In this document: one piece after another, positions 40,583-49,019 of the stretch
Layout: each line of letters begins with the position of its first letter
How positions within the stretch are numbered: position 1 is the first letter of the stretch
Assembly (NCBI GenBank): GCA_964385755.1
Contig: CAYLPZ010000001.1
Span: 227,529 to 291,528, forward strand
Length of the DNA: 64,000 nt
Direction of reading: 5' to 3'
DNA from: an uncultured Coprobacillus sp.
GTDB lineage: Bacteria; Bacillota_I; Bacilli_A; ML615J-28; CAG-698
Notes under the pieces: generated by a model
Seen by the model: only the letters and a program-made list of their open reading frames with translations
The model's database searches: none
Told to the model about the DNA's origin: nothing
Translations under genes and position numbers: made by a program

Positions 40583-40915
40583 TTATTCAGTTACAACTGC
40601 AAGTAACTCTAAGTCTTCATCGTAAACATTTTTTATTGAGTGATTGCGACCCTTTTTACAAAGTGAAACAAAACCTTCAGAAATATCTTTTTCAACTCCA
40701 TCAATTATAAGTTTTCCTTTATTTTTAAGAACATAAATAACTTCTTCATCTTCAGTGTGTGTGTGAATTCCAATACTTGATCCCTTGGGAATTGTTATTT
40801 TCGCATACATTTTCATATGAACTAACGTTGGCATTTTTTGTAAATAAACAACGCCTTCTCCGCCACGTAAACCTTTTACTTCTTGTTTTTCAAAATCATT
40901 AAAATTTAATCTCAC
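40583..40915 (-). CDS. Cupin-domain protein
   Basis: 110 aa. Cupin_2 metal motif GIHTHTEDEEVIYVL…G. Confidence 0.6.
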   Translation of the reverse strand: MRLNFNDFEKQEVKGLRGGEGVVYLQKMPTLVHMKMYAKITIPKGSSIGIHTHTEDEEVIYVLKNKGKLIIDGVEKDISEGFVSLCKKGRNHSIKNVYDEDLELLAVVTE

Positions 40916-40932
40916 TTTTATTTCTCCTTTAG

Positions 40933-41781
40933 TTAGATTTTATATGTATAATTATTAATTGATCCATCATTATTATATTCTATTATTTTAAAATAAAACT
41001 TAAGAATTTTATAATTCTTTAATAAAGTTTCGTCTGAAATACTATTATATGTCTTATATTCCATTGAGTAATGATAAAGACCTAAATATGGGATAATCGA
41101 TCCATCTCCTAATTCAACAAAAACTTGCATATCGATATGACCAACGCCTTCTTCTTTTCTTGTTAGATTTATTTGATAACGATAGAAATCTTCTTTTACA
41201 TTTGTATTATCAACTACTTCTATCTCATAGTCATTTATATTATTTTCATAGTCCTCCTTAGAACCAAAATCAATAACTTTTTCATAAATGTTAATTGTTT
41301 TTTCAAAATATTCTTTTTTAAGTGTTTCTTTATTGTACATTGAAAATGAATAATCAATACGATAATTAAAACATTCTATTTTTTCCTTTAAATGATAATA
41401 AGGCATAAAGTTTTGTCCATAGTTTCGCATTTGACCATCAATTGAATCGAAAATATGAAAATCAAAACCTATCATTTCATTTTGATTATAATAATCAAAT
41501 TGATAATAATTGTAAAGTCTGTTTGTTCTTTCGCCTTTTGCGAAAATCATATGCATTGTAATTGATGTTAATAATCCATGTTTGCTTGGTTTATTTTTAA
41601 TTACGATATAGCTAGAAACATCTTCATCTACTATTGTATGCTCTCCATCTACCGCAACAAAATTTTCTCCAGGAACTGGTGGGACATATTCACTATCATC
41701 ACCACATGAAAAAAGAGGAACAATAATCAATAATAGCAAAAATATAAGTGTGTATCTTTTTAAACTATATTTTTTATTCAT
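40933..41781 (-). CDS. Lipoprotein of unknown function
   Basis: Lipobox LFSCGDD. 282 aa. Confidence 0.55.
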   Translation of the reverse strand: MNKKYSLKRYTLIFLLLLIIVPLFSCGDDSEYVPPVPGENFVAVDGEHTIVDEDVSSYIVIKNKPSKHGLLTSITMHMIFAKGERTNRLYNYYQFDYYNQNEMIGFDFHIFDSIDGQMRNYGQNFMPYYHLKEKIECFNYRIDYSFSMYNKETLKKEYFEKTINIYEKVIDFGSKEDYENNINDYEIEVVDNTNVKEDFYRYQINLTRKEEGVGHIDMQVFVELGDGSIIPYLGLYHYSMEYKTYNSISDETLLKNYKILKFYFKIIEYNNDGSINNYTYKI

Positions 41782-41796
41782 TTGCTTTTCCTTCTT

Positions 41797-42420
41797 TTAA
41801 TTATTTGAATTTAAATTATTAATTACCTTCGCAACTGGTGCAAAGCTTTTACGATGCATAATACATGGGCCATACTTTTCTAAAAGTTCAAGATGCCTTT
41901 TAGTAACATAGCCTTTATGTTTCGCAAACTCATATTGTGGGTAAACTTTATCAAGTTCCTTCATAATATGATCTCTTGTCACTTTCGCAAGAATACTTGC
42001 AGCCGCAATTGATGCACTCTTTGCATCACCTTTTACTAAACTTAAAACAGGTAAATTTATATCTAGTGGCATACAATCTGTTAAAACATAATCAGTTTTT
42101 TTCATTCTATTTACACATCTTGTCATCGCTAATTTACTTGCTTCATAAACGTTTAGTTTGTCAACATCTTCTACGGAAATCACTTCAATTTCATAATATA
42201 AAGCATCTCTTTTTATAATTTCAAATAGTTCTTCTCTTCTTTTCTCACTTAACTTTTTTGAATCATCTAAATAATCAAGTTTATATCCAACAGGCAAAAT
42301 AACGCCACTAGCAACCAAAGGTCCTGCCATTGGTCCACGACCTGCTTCATCACACCCACAAATATATTTATAACCCTGTTTATAAGCTTCTTCTTCATAT
42401 GAATAAATATCTTTTATCAT
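41797..42420 (-). CDS. rnhB: Ribonuclease HII
   Basis: ICGCDEAGRGPMAGPLVASGVI catalytic DEDD motif region. 207 aa. Confidence 0.9.
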   Translation of the reverse strand: MIKDIYSYEEEAYKQGYKYICGCDEAGRGPMAGPLVASGVILPVGYKLDYLDDSKKLSEKRREELFEIIKRDALYYEIEVISVEDVDKLNVYEASKLAMTRCVNRMKKTDYVLTDCMPLDINLPVLSLVKGDAKSASIAAASILAKVTRDHIMKELDKVYPQYEFAKHKGYVTKRHLELLEKYGPCIMHRKSFAPVAKVINNLNSNN

Positions 42421-43283
42421 AATCTATCTAATGTTACCTTTCCAATTCTCGCATTTTTAAAATCATTTAATATTATTTCATAACCTTTTTCGTATTCATC
42501 ATATTTATTTCCACGTCGTACTAAGACATCTTCAATTACCTTTATATTATCTTCAGACATTTCGATGTTATATCGGCATTCAAACATTTCTTTATAATTA
42601 GCGCGCATGAAATCAAGCAAATATAGCGTTAATTCATCCTTTGGTAATATTTCATCTTTAATTGCACCAGTTAATGCAAGATTGATACCAATGGTCTTAT
42701 CTTCAAATTTAGGCCATAAAACGCCTGGTGTATCTAAAAGTTCAATATTTTTATTAATTCTAATCCACTGTTGTGCTTTAGTCACTCCCGGCATATTTCC
42801 AACGTTTGCAACTTTTCTGCCTACTAAACGATTTATAAGCGTAGACTTACCAACATTAGGAATACCAACAATCATTGCGCGTACAGGACGTTCTTTTAAG
42901 CCTCGTTTACGATCTTTTTCAATTTTTTCTGCTAAAATATCTTTTGTTAAAAGTTCAATTTTTTTAACATTTAGTCCAGAAATAGAATCAATAGCTAAGC
43001 TTTTTTTACCTTCTTTTTGAAAATAATTTTCCCATTTTCTTGTTTGTACACTATCAGCCATATCTGATTTAGTAAGAATCATTAATATTGGTTTATTCTT
43101 AAGTATTTCCATCGCCATCGGATTAATTGAAGAATAAGGTATTCTTGCATCAACAAGTACGAAAGCAATATCAACAACACGAAGTTTTTCTTCGATTTCT
43201 CTTCTCGCTTTTGCCATATGGCCTGGAAACCATTGAATGTTTATTAAATTTTTATCATCTGTTTTTAGATTTTTATTATTCAT
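42417..43283 (-). CDS. rbgA: Ribosome biogenesis GTPase A (YlqF/RbgA)
   Basis: Circularly permuted GTPase. IQWFPGHMAKA N-terminus. G4-G1-G3 order (TKSDM…GIPNVGKST…DTPG). Overlaps rnhB by 4 bp. Confidence 0.9.
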   Translation of the reverse strand: MNNKNLKTDDKNLINIQWFPGHMAKARREIEEKLRVVDIAFVLVDARIPYSSINPMAMEILKNKPILMILTKSDMADSVQTRKWENYFQKEGKKSLAIDSISGLNVKKIELLTKDILAEKIEKDRKRGLKERPVRAMIVGIPNVGKSTLINRLVGRKVANVGNMPGVTKAQQWIRINKNIELLDTPGVLWPKFEDKTIGINLALTGAIKDEILPKDELTLYLLDFMRANYKEMFECRYNIEMSEDNIKVIEDVLVRRGNKYDEYEKGYEIILNDFKNARIGKVTLDRL

Positions 43284-43546
43284 ATTTTACCTACCCTAAA
43301 AATTGGTCATAAATGTATTCATCATATTTTTATTGTATTGGAAAGTTAAACTCTATTAATCAAAATGGTTTGTATATTATATTATGTCTATATACTTTAG
43401 TTTAAACTTTTCGTTTTGGTAAATTAGTAATCAACTATTTATATACTTTAACCAATATAATAATAATTTATTTCTAATATTAACACATTAATTTTATTTT
43501 AATAAAAAAATATTTAAAAATCAATAATCTATTAACAATATTTCGT

Positions 43547-43578
43547 AATAAAAGCCATACATTAATAAAACGTATGGC
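43547..43578 (-). terminator. Terminator of lepB
   Basis: GCCATAC-n11-GTATGGC with a T-run on the minus strand. Confidence 0.5.
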
Positions 43579-43584
43579 AAATAT

Positions 43585-44430
43585 CTAAGATATCTTTTTC
43601 CAATCCCAAAAGGAATCATAATAATATATTACTTGTCCAAACAACTGTTCTTCAGTAAATAAGCCTAATATTCTGCTATCTGCACTAACCTGTCTATTAT
43701 CTCCCATTAAGAAATAGTATCCATCCATAATTACATATGTATTAGTTTCCTCATCATATCTAACACCATGTTTTAAATAGCATTCTAGTTTTTCCTTTGC
43801 TTCAACACCATAACTAATTAGTTCATCATTTATAGCTAAGTAAATTACTTTGACACCATTTACTTCTTTTTCTTCATATGTAAAAACATCTCCACCTTTT
43901 CCAATAATTCTTTTTACTACTAACTCACCATCTGTAATATTAGATGGTCTTTCATATGGGATGTTGATTTTATCACTATAATTAGCGACAATAACCATAC
44001 CATTTTCAAATTTAGTTGTACTTTTGCGAATTATTTTTTGACCATTAACTAAAGTTGGTGCCATTGAATTTCCAACTACTTCATGTCTAGAAAAACCAAA
44101 GACGAAGAATGATTGAATGATTACACAAGCCAAAGCAAAAATGGCAAAAAAATCGCTAATACCATCATAGACTTTTACAACTTTTAGATGTTTTTTAGTA
44201 GAAAGATATTTGAAAACAAAACAAACTAAAGATCCCATTACCAACACACTAATTATTGATATTATATAATATACTCTCGTAATTGTATTTACCATTTGTG
44301 GCTTAATGATAAAGAGAATTGTTAACAAAATCACCGCAAAGAATACAATTAATGATTTTATTAACATCTTATGAATGTCTTTTTTTTGATAACTTTCTTC
44401 AAAAGATACATTTTCATTAGTTTCATTCAT
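43585..44430 (-). CDS. lepB: Signal peptidase I
   Basis: Catalytic Ser motif VVGNSMAPTL and Lys box (VKRIIG…GDNR). A long N-terminus with two TM helices. Confidence 0.85.
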   Translation of the reverse strand: MNETNENVSFEESYQKKDIHKMLIKSLIVFFAVILLTILFIIKPQMVNTITRVYYIISIISVLVMGSLVCFVFKYLSTKKHLKVVKVYDGISDFFAIFALACVIIQSFFVFGFSRHEVVGNSMAPTLVNGQKIIRKSTTKFENGMVIVANYSDKINIPYERPSNITDGELVVKRIIGKGGDVFTYEEKEVNGVKVIYLAINDELISYGVEAKEKLECYLKHGVRYDEETNTYVIMDGYYFLMGDNRQVSADSRILGLFTEEQLFGQVIYYYDSFWDWKKIS

Positions 44431-44432
44431 AG

Positions 44433-46580
44433 TTATTCAACCTTTAAAATACTATTTTTAAGTATTTCTTCTAATTCGTCAATATCTTCAATAATCACAT
44501 TTCTTGCACGTCCTGGAATATTTTCTTTAGAAATAATACCTATATTCGCTAGAATATTTATAATTTTATCCGCACGATTGTATCCTATGTTAAACGTCTT
44601 TTGAATTTGGTTTGCGGAAGCTTTTCTTTGACGAAATACAAAACGAGCAATTTCTTCAACGTATGGATCACTTTCATTACTATTTTCTTCTTGTTCTTTT
44701 GTTTCGATATCATTAACAATATCCTCATGTGTAAATAGATAATTATGAGGATAATCTTTTTCAGCAAAATAATCATATATTCTTTCTAATTCTTTATCAG
44801 AAATATAACTTCCTTGAATACGTAGTTCTGATTTGTCTGTAGAAACTATCATATCACCTTTACCTAAAAGTTTTTCTGCACCACCATGGTCAAGAATTGT
44901 TGTTGAGTCAACATTAGTTTTAACTTTCAAAGCAATTCGGTGTGTGATATTGGCCTTGATAGAACCCTTAACAATATCTGCGGAAGGACGCTGTGTAGCT
45001 ACTATTAAGTGGATACCAGCTCCACGTGCTTTAGCAGTTAATCGCTTAACAGAATCTTCAAATAGAACTGTACTTTGAGAAATTATTTCAGCAAACTCAT
45101 CTATGATTATAACAATATATGGTATTGTTTTTAAACCATTCATTTTAGCGTATTCATTATAATCTTTTACAACACGTTTACGATAAATTTTTAGAAATTC
45201 ATATCTTCTATCCATCTCATCTGCACACCACTTTAAAGCAGCTGGAGCGAGTACTTTATCATAAATAACTGGGCAAGCAAGATGTGGAACATCTTCAAAG
45301 AATGCAAACTCATTACCTTTAGGGTCAACAAGAACTAATCTAACATCATCAGGTGAATTTTTAAAAATTAAACTACAAATTAAACTATCAACACAAGCAG
45401 TTTTACCGCTACCAGTTGCACCAGCTATCAAACCATGGGGCATATTATAAATATTTTCAGTATATAAATTTCCATCAATAGTTAATCCAACGATAGTATT
45501 TAATGGTTCATTTTGATTACGTGGTAATCCCTTCCTCTTTGCTTCTTCAATTTCATTTGCTAATAAATCACCAAATAAAACTAGGTCCTGTTCTTTGTTT
45601 GGTACTTCAATGCCTATTGCAGCTTTACCAGGAAGAGGAGACCTAATGAATATATCACCGCTACATAACTCCATTTCTAAGTTTTGAGCAATACCAGTAA
45701 CTCTTTTTACATTTACACCTGGTTCTAGCTTAACTTCATATAATGTTAAAGCAGGTCCTTTCACAAATCCTGAAACTGAGCCTGGTACATTAAAATCATT
45801 TAATACTTTATTAATGATACTAATTTTTCTATTAATGTTCTCATCAGCCTTTGTGCTATTTTTTTCACTACGATTAAGTAGACTAAGAGGTGGATATTCA
45901 AACTTTTTGTATGTATGTTCTTTTTTAGTGTATTGTTTTGGAACATCATATACTTTTTTCTCTTCAACATTATTATTTAATGCTTTAGGAGAACTATCAC
46001 AAAAATCATTCTTCTCTACATTTTCTTGTTCTACTAGTTTGTCATGAAATGATTTAAGTTTTGCTTTACTAGTTTGATCCTCTTCTTTTTTAGCAGAAAA
46101 GAAATTTTCTTCATCATCAGTATTTACATAATTATAGGACTCATCAATATTTTTAGTTTCCTCATAGTTGCCATAATAGTCATTATCCATACCACTATCT
46201 TCATCAACTACAATTTCTTCATAATACTCATCTTCTAAAGACTCATTATTATTTGAAGATGATTTTTCTTTTTTATAATAATTATCATAAATTAAATTAT
46301 AGTTATTTCCAAAAATACGTCTATTATTCTCTTTTTCCTCTTCCGGGTCTTTCTTGACTCCTTTTAAGGCATCAATATTACTACTTGTAATCCCTCCCAC
46401 ATCTTCTTTTCGTAAGTAAGAAGGAATACGTTCTTCTGAATATCGATCAACATCTTCTTTAGATTTATCATTTTGAGAATGGACATCTTTTTTCTTTGCG
46501 TTCTTCGATTCTGTTACTATTTCATCTTCATCATTTTCATCAAATCTTGCAATAACAAATTTGTCATCCATCTTTCTCAC
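44433..46580 (-). CDS. FtsK/SpoIIIE-family DNA translocase lacking transmembrane segments (SftA-like)
   Basis: Walker A GATGSGKT. FtsK alpha/beta motor. C-terminal gamma winged helix. The ~330-aa N-terminus is acidic/basic low complexity with no TM helix. Confidence 0.8.
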   Translation of the reverse strand: MRKMDDKFVIARFDENDEDEIVTESKNAKKKDVHSQNDKSKEDVDRYSEERIPSYLRKEDVGGITSSNIDALKGVKKDPEEEKENNRRIFGNNYNLIYDNYYKKEKSSSNNNESLEDEYYEEIVVDEDSGMDNDYYGNYEETKNIDESYNYVNTDDEENFFSAKKEEDQTSKAKLKSFHDKLVEQENVEKNDFCDSSPKALNNNVEEKKVYDVPKQYTKKEHTYKKFEYPPLSLLNRSEKNSTKADENINRKISIINKVLNDFNVPGSVSGFVKGPALTLYEVKLEPGVNVKRVTGIAQNLEMELCSGDIFIRSPLPGKAAIGIEVPNKEQDLVLFGDLLANEIEEAKRKGLPRNQNEPLNTIVGLTIDGNLYTENIYNMPHGLIAGATGSGKTACVDSLICSLIFKNSPDDVRLVLVDPKGNEFAFFEDVPHLACPVIYDKVLAPAALKWCADEMDRRYEFLKIYRKRVVKDYNEYAKMNGLKTIPYIVIIIDEFAEIISQSTVLFEDSVKRLTAKARGAGIHLIVATQRPSADIVKGSIKANITHRIALKVKTNVDSTTILDHGGAEKLLGKGDMIVSTDKSELRIQGSYISDKELERIYDYFAEKDYPHNYLFTHEDIVNDIETKEQEENSNESDPYVEEIARFVFRQRKASANQIQKTFNIGYNRADKIINILANIGIISKENIPGRARNVIIEDIDELEEILKNSILKVE

Positions 46581-46706
46581 TTCCTTACTTCTATTAGTGT
46601 ATATATTTTACACTAAATAACTAAAAAATACAAGGAATAAAGCTAAGCAAAAAGTCGTTAAAAACAAAAAAGAACCGCAAAAAATTGCAGTTCAAATTAA
46701 TATATA

Positions 46707-47231
46707 TTAACGTTCAGTTACTGTTAATTTCCCAGTTGATCTTTGATAAGTTACATTATATTTATTATCGTTACTTATGTATTTAAATCCAGTAGAATTA
46801 TTAACACCACCTGTTAATGATACATTAGCACAATTTTCTAAACCAAACTGTTCATCGCAGTAATCTACAAACGTCTTTCCAGTAAGCACATAATATTCAC
46901 CATCTCTTGCTGAAGATTCATAAAATGTCATTACTACGCAATACTCACCATTCTTAATTTCATAATAAGTCTTACTTGGATCATAATTAGTATCAGTTGA
47001 TTGCACATATATACCTTCGTATCCTAGTTGTTCCTTTTCAATAAGCCAAGACTGATATGCTACTACATAACTATTTGCTTCTTCAACTGCTACAGTTCTT
47101 TCTGCTCTTTTAATTAATCCTGAGAAAGTTGGAACTAAAACAGCTGTTAAAATTCCAATTACCGCAATTACAATTACAAGTTCAACAATTGTAAATCCTT
47201 TCTTTAAATGTTTTGCTAAATTTTTATTCAT
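46707..47231 (-). CDS. Prepilin-type N-terminal cleavage/methylation domain protein (type IV pilin / ComGC-like pseudopilin)
   Basis: Class III signal KKGF|TIVELVIVIAVIGILTAV (G-F cleavage, Glu+5). The start is placed at MNKN (47231) with a GGAAGGAGAGG RBS. The longer ORF in the track has no RBS. Confidence 0.7.
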   Translation of the reverse strand: MNKNLAKHLKKGFTIVELVIVIAVIGILTAVLVPTFSGLIKRAERTVAVEEANSYVVAYQSWLIEKEQLGYEGIYVQSTDTNYDPSKTYYEIKNGEYCVVMTFYESSARDGEYYVLTGKTFVDYCDEQFGLENCANVSLTGGVNNSTGFKYISNDNKYNVTYQRSTGKLTVTER

Positions 47232-47391
47232 ACCTCTCCTTCCGCTACAACACACTAGCATAATACACTTTTTTTGTAACAGAAAACAATATGTAATAAC
47301 AAACATTTTTTATCTAAAAATTAACTTTTATAAACTGTAGTTATTAGCAAAACAAAAATAATATATAATATAGAAAGAAGAAAAAGAATAA

Positions 47392-47706
47392 TTAATCAAA
47401 ATTCTTTTTTATGTAATAAATATCGTTTAAAGGAATTTTACAATTAGAAATCGTAATTTTCTTTTCAATTAAATCTATTTTTTCATATATTCCTTTTATA
47501 GTAATATATCTATTACCATAATAATAACATACTTCTACTTCCATATTTCGTTTAAGTGAAAGTAAAACATTATTAATTTCTTCGTTTTGTTCTTCAGATA
47601 ATATTTTTCTATGTTCTTTTATTTTTTCTTTCTCACGAAGTTTTTCGTCAAACCCTTTAAGTGCAGCAAAAGGCATATATTGATTTCCAGTAGGTTTATT
47701 CGCCAT
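47392..47706 (-). CDS. YolD-like protein (accessory factor of Y-family polymerase cassettes)
   Basis: ~105 aa. Lies immediately downstream of the polymerase and overlaps it by 11 bp. GGAGG RBS. The conserved YolD core CYYYGNRYITIKG is present. Confidence 0.65.
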   Translation of the reverse strand: MANKPTGNQYMPFAALKGFDEKLREKEKIKEHRKILSEEQNEEINNVLLSLKRNMEVEVCYYYGNRYITIKGIYEKIDLIEKKITISNCKIPLNDIYYIKKNFD

Positions 47707-48949
47707 TATGACCTCCAATCAATTTATTTCGTTTGAGCTGTGTTGCTCCTTCCTCTAAGTTCATCCCTCTAATTAAAGAAGATTTTCCGTATTGCTCCTT
47801 AATATCAATAATAGCTTTTTGCAAATTCTTTTCTTTAATTAGTTTACTACTATCAGTGAATAAATCAAAACTTTCAAACGTATCTTCTTTTAAGTTCCCA
47901 AAAGAAATATTTAATCTTCTAACCTTATATTGCTTATTGACTTTTTCCCCATACATTTCAAGAATAGCACTACATAATACAGAATATGATGAGGTATTAA
48001 TATTAAGTTTTCTACTCACTTGCACATGTGGTACCATTAAATCATTAGTATATCCGCACGATACTGCTACTAAATTTGTTACCATATGAATTCGCACTAA
48101 CTCAAGTGACAATGATTCAACCATTTCTTTAAGTACTAAAATAGACTCATCATAACTATAATCACGCTCAAGAACTTGGCCAGAAGAAATTGATTTTTGT
48201 TTAGGCATATAAGTCTTAATCTCTTTAATCGTTGTTGGATCAATACCATTTGCATGCCATATAATAAACTGTGCATTTACACCAAATTCCTTGTATAAGA
48301 CTTCATCATTGCAATTTGCAATTTTTCTTAGTGTATCAAGTTTAAGTTTTTTAAGTCTATTTTCGATTCCTTTACCAATTTGCCAAAAGTCGGTTAATGG
48401 TTTGTGATCCCATAATTTCTCTTTGAATTCTTCAAGTGTTAAATAATAACAATTTTCTTTGGTATGCTTAGCTACAATATCCATACCAATTTTTGCAAGA
48501 AACATATTAGGTCCTCCACCTGCTGTTGCGGTAATATGTGTTCTATCATATATTTCTTTGCACACCATTTTTGCAACTTCAATTGGAGTTTTTTTATAAA
48601 GTTTTAAGTAATTAGTTACATCAATAAACACTTCATCAATTGAATAAACATGAATATCATCCTTTGAAAAGTACTTTAAATATATCGCATATATATCACT
48701 AGATATGTCGATATACTTTTTCATTCTTGGTTTAGCGATAATGTAATTAAGATTTTTAGGGATTTCAAAAAGTCTACAACGATTTTTAACACCTAAACTT
48801 TTAAGTTTCGGAGAAACAGCTAAACAAATTGCCCCATTTCCTCTTTCCTTATCAGCAACAACTAAATTGGTTTTGAAAGGATCAAGCCCGCGTTCAACAC
48901 ATTCACATGATGCATAAAAGCACTTTAAGTCAATACATATATATTCCAT
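47696..48949 (-). CDS. Y-family (UmuC/DinB/YqjW-like) translesion DNA polymerase
   Basis: MEYICIDLKCFYASCE (catalytic Asp in the IDLKCFYAS motif) plus palm, fingers and little-finger domains. Start at the second Met (AAGGAG RBS). Confidence 0.85.
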   Translation of the reverse strand: MEYICIDLKCFYASCECVERGLDPFKTNLVVADKERGNGAICLAVSPKLKSLGVKNRCRLFEIPKNLNYIIAKPRMKKYIDISSDIYAIYLKYFSKDDIHVYSIDEVFIDVTNYLKLYKKTPIEVAKMVCKEIYDRTHITATAGGGPNMFLAKIGMDIVAKHTKENCYYLTLEEFKEKLWDHKPLTDFWQIGKGIENRLKKLKLDTLRKIANCNDEVLYKEFGVNAQFIIWHANGIDPTTIKEIKTYMPKQKSISSGQVLERDYSYDESILVLKEMVESLSLELVRIHMVTNLVAVSCGYTNDLMVPHVQVSRKLNINTSSYSVLCSAILEMYGEKVNKQYKVRRLNISFGNLKEDTFESFDLFTDSSKLIKEKNLQKAIIDIKEQYGKSSLIRGMNLEEGATQLKRNKLIGGHNGE

Positions 48950-49019
48950 ATAGCTTATCTCCTTTCTCGATAAATAAATACGATAAACCATTGTCTATCG
49001 TATTATTTATCATTTTTAT

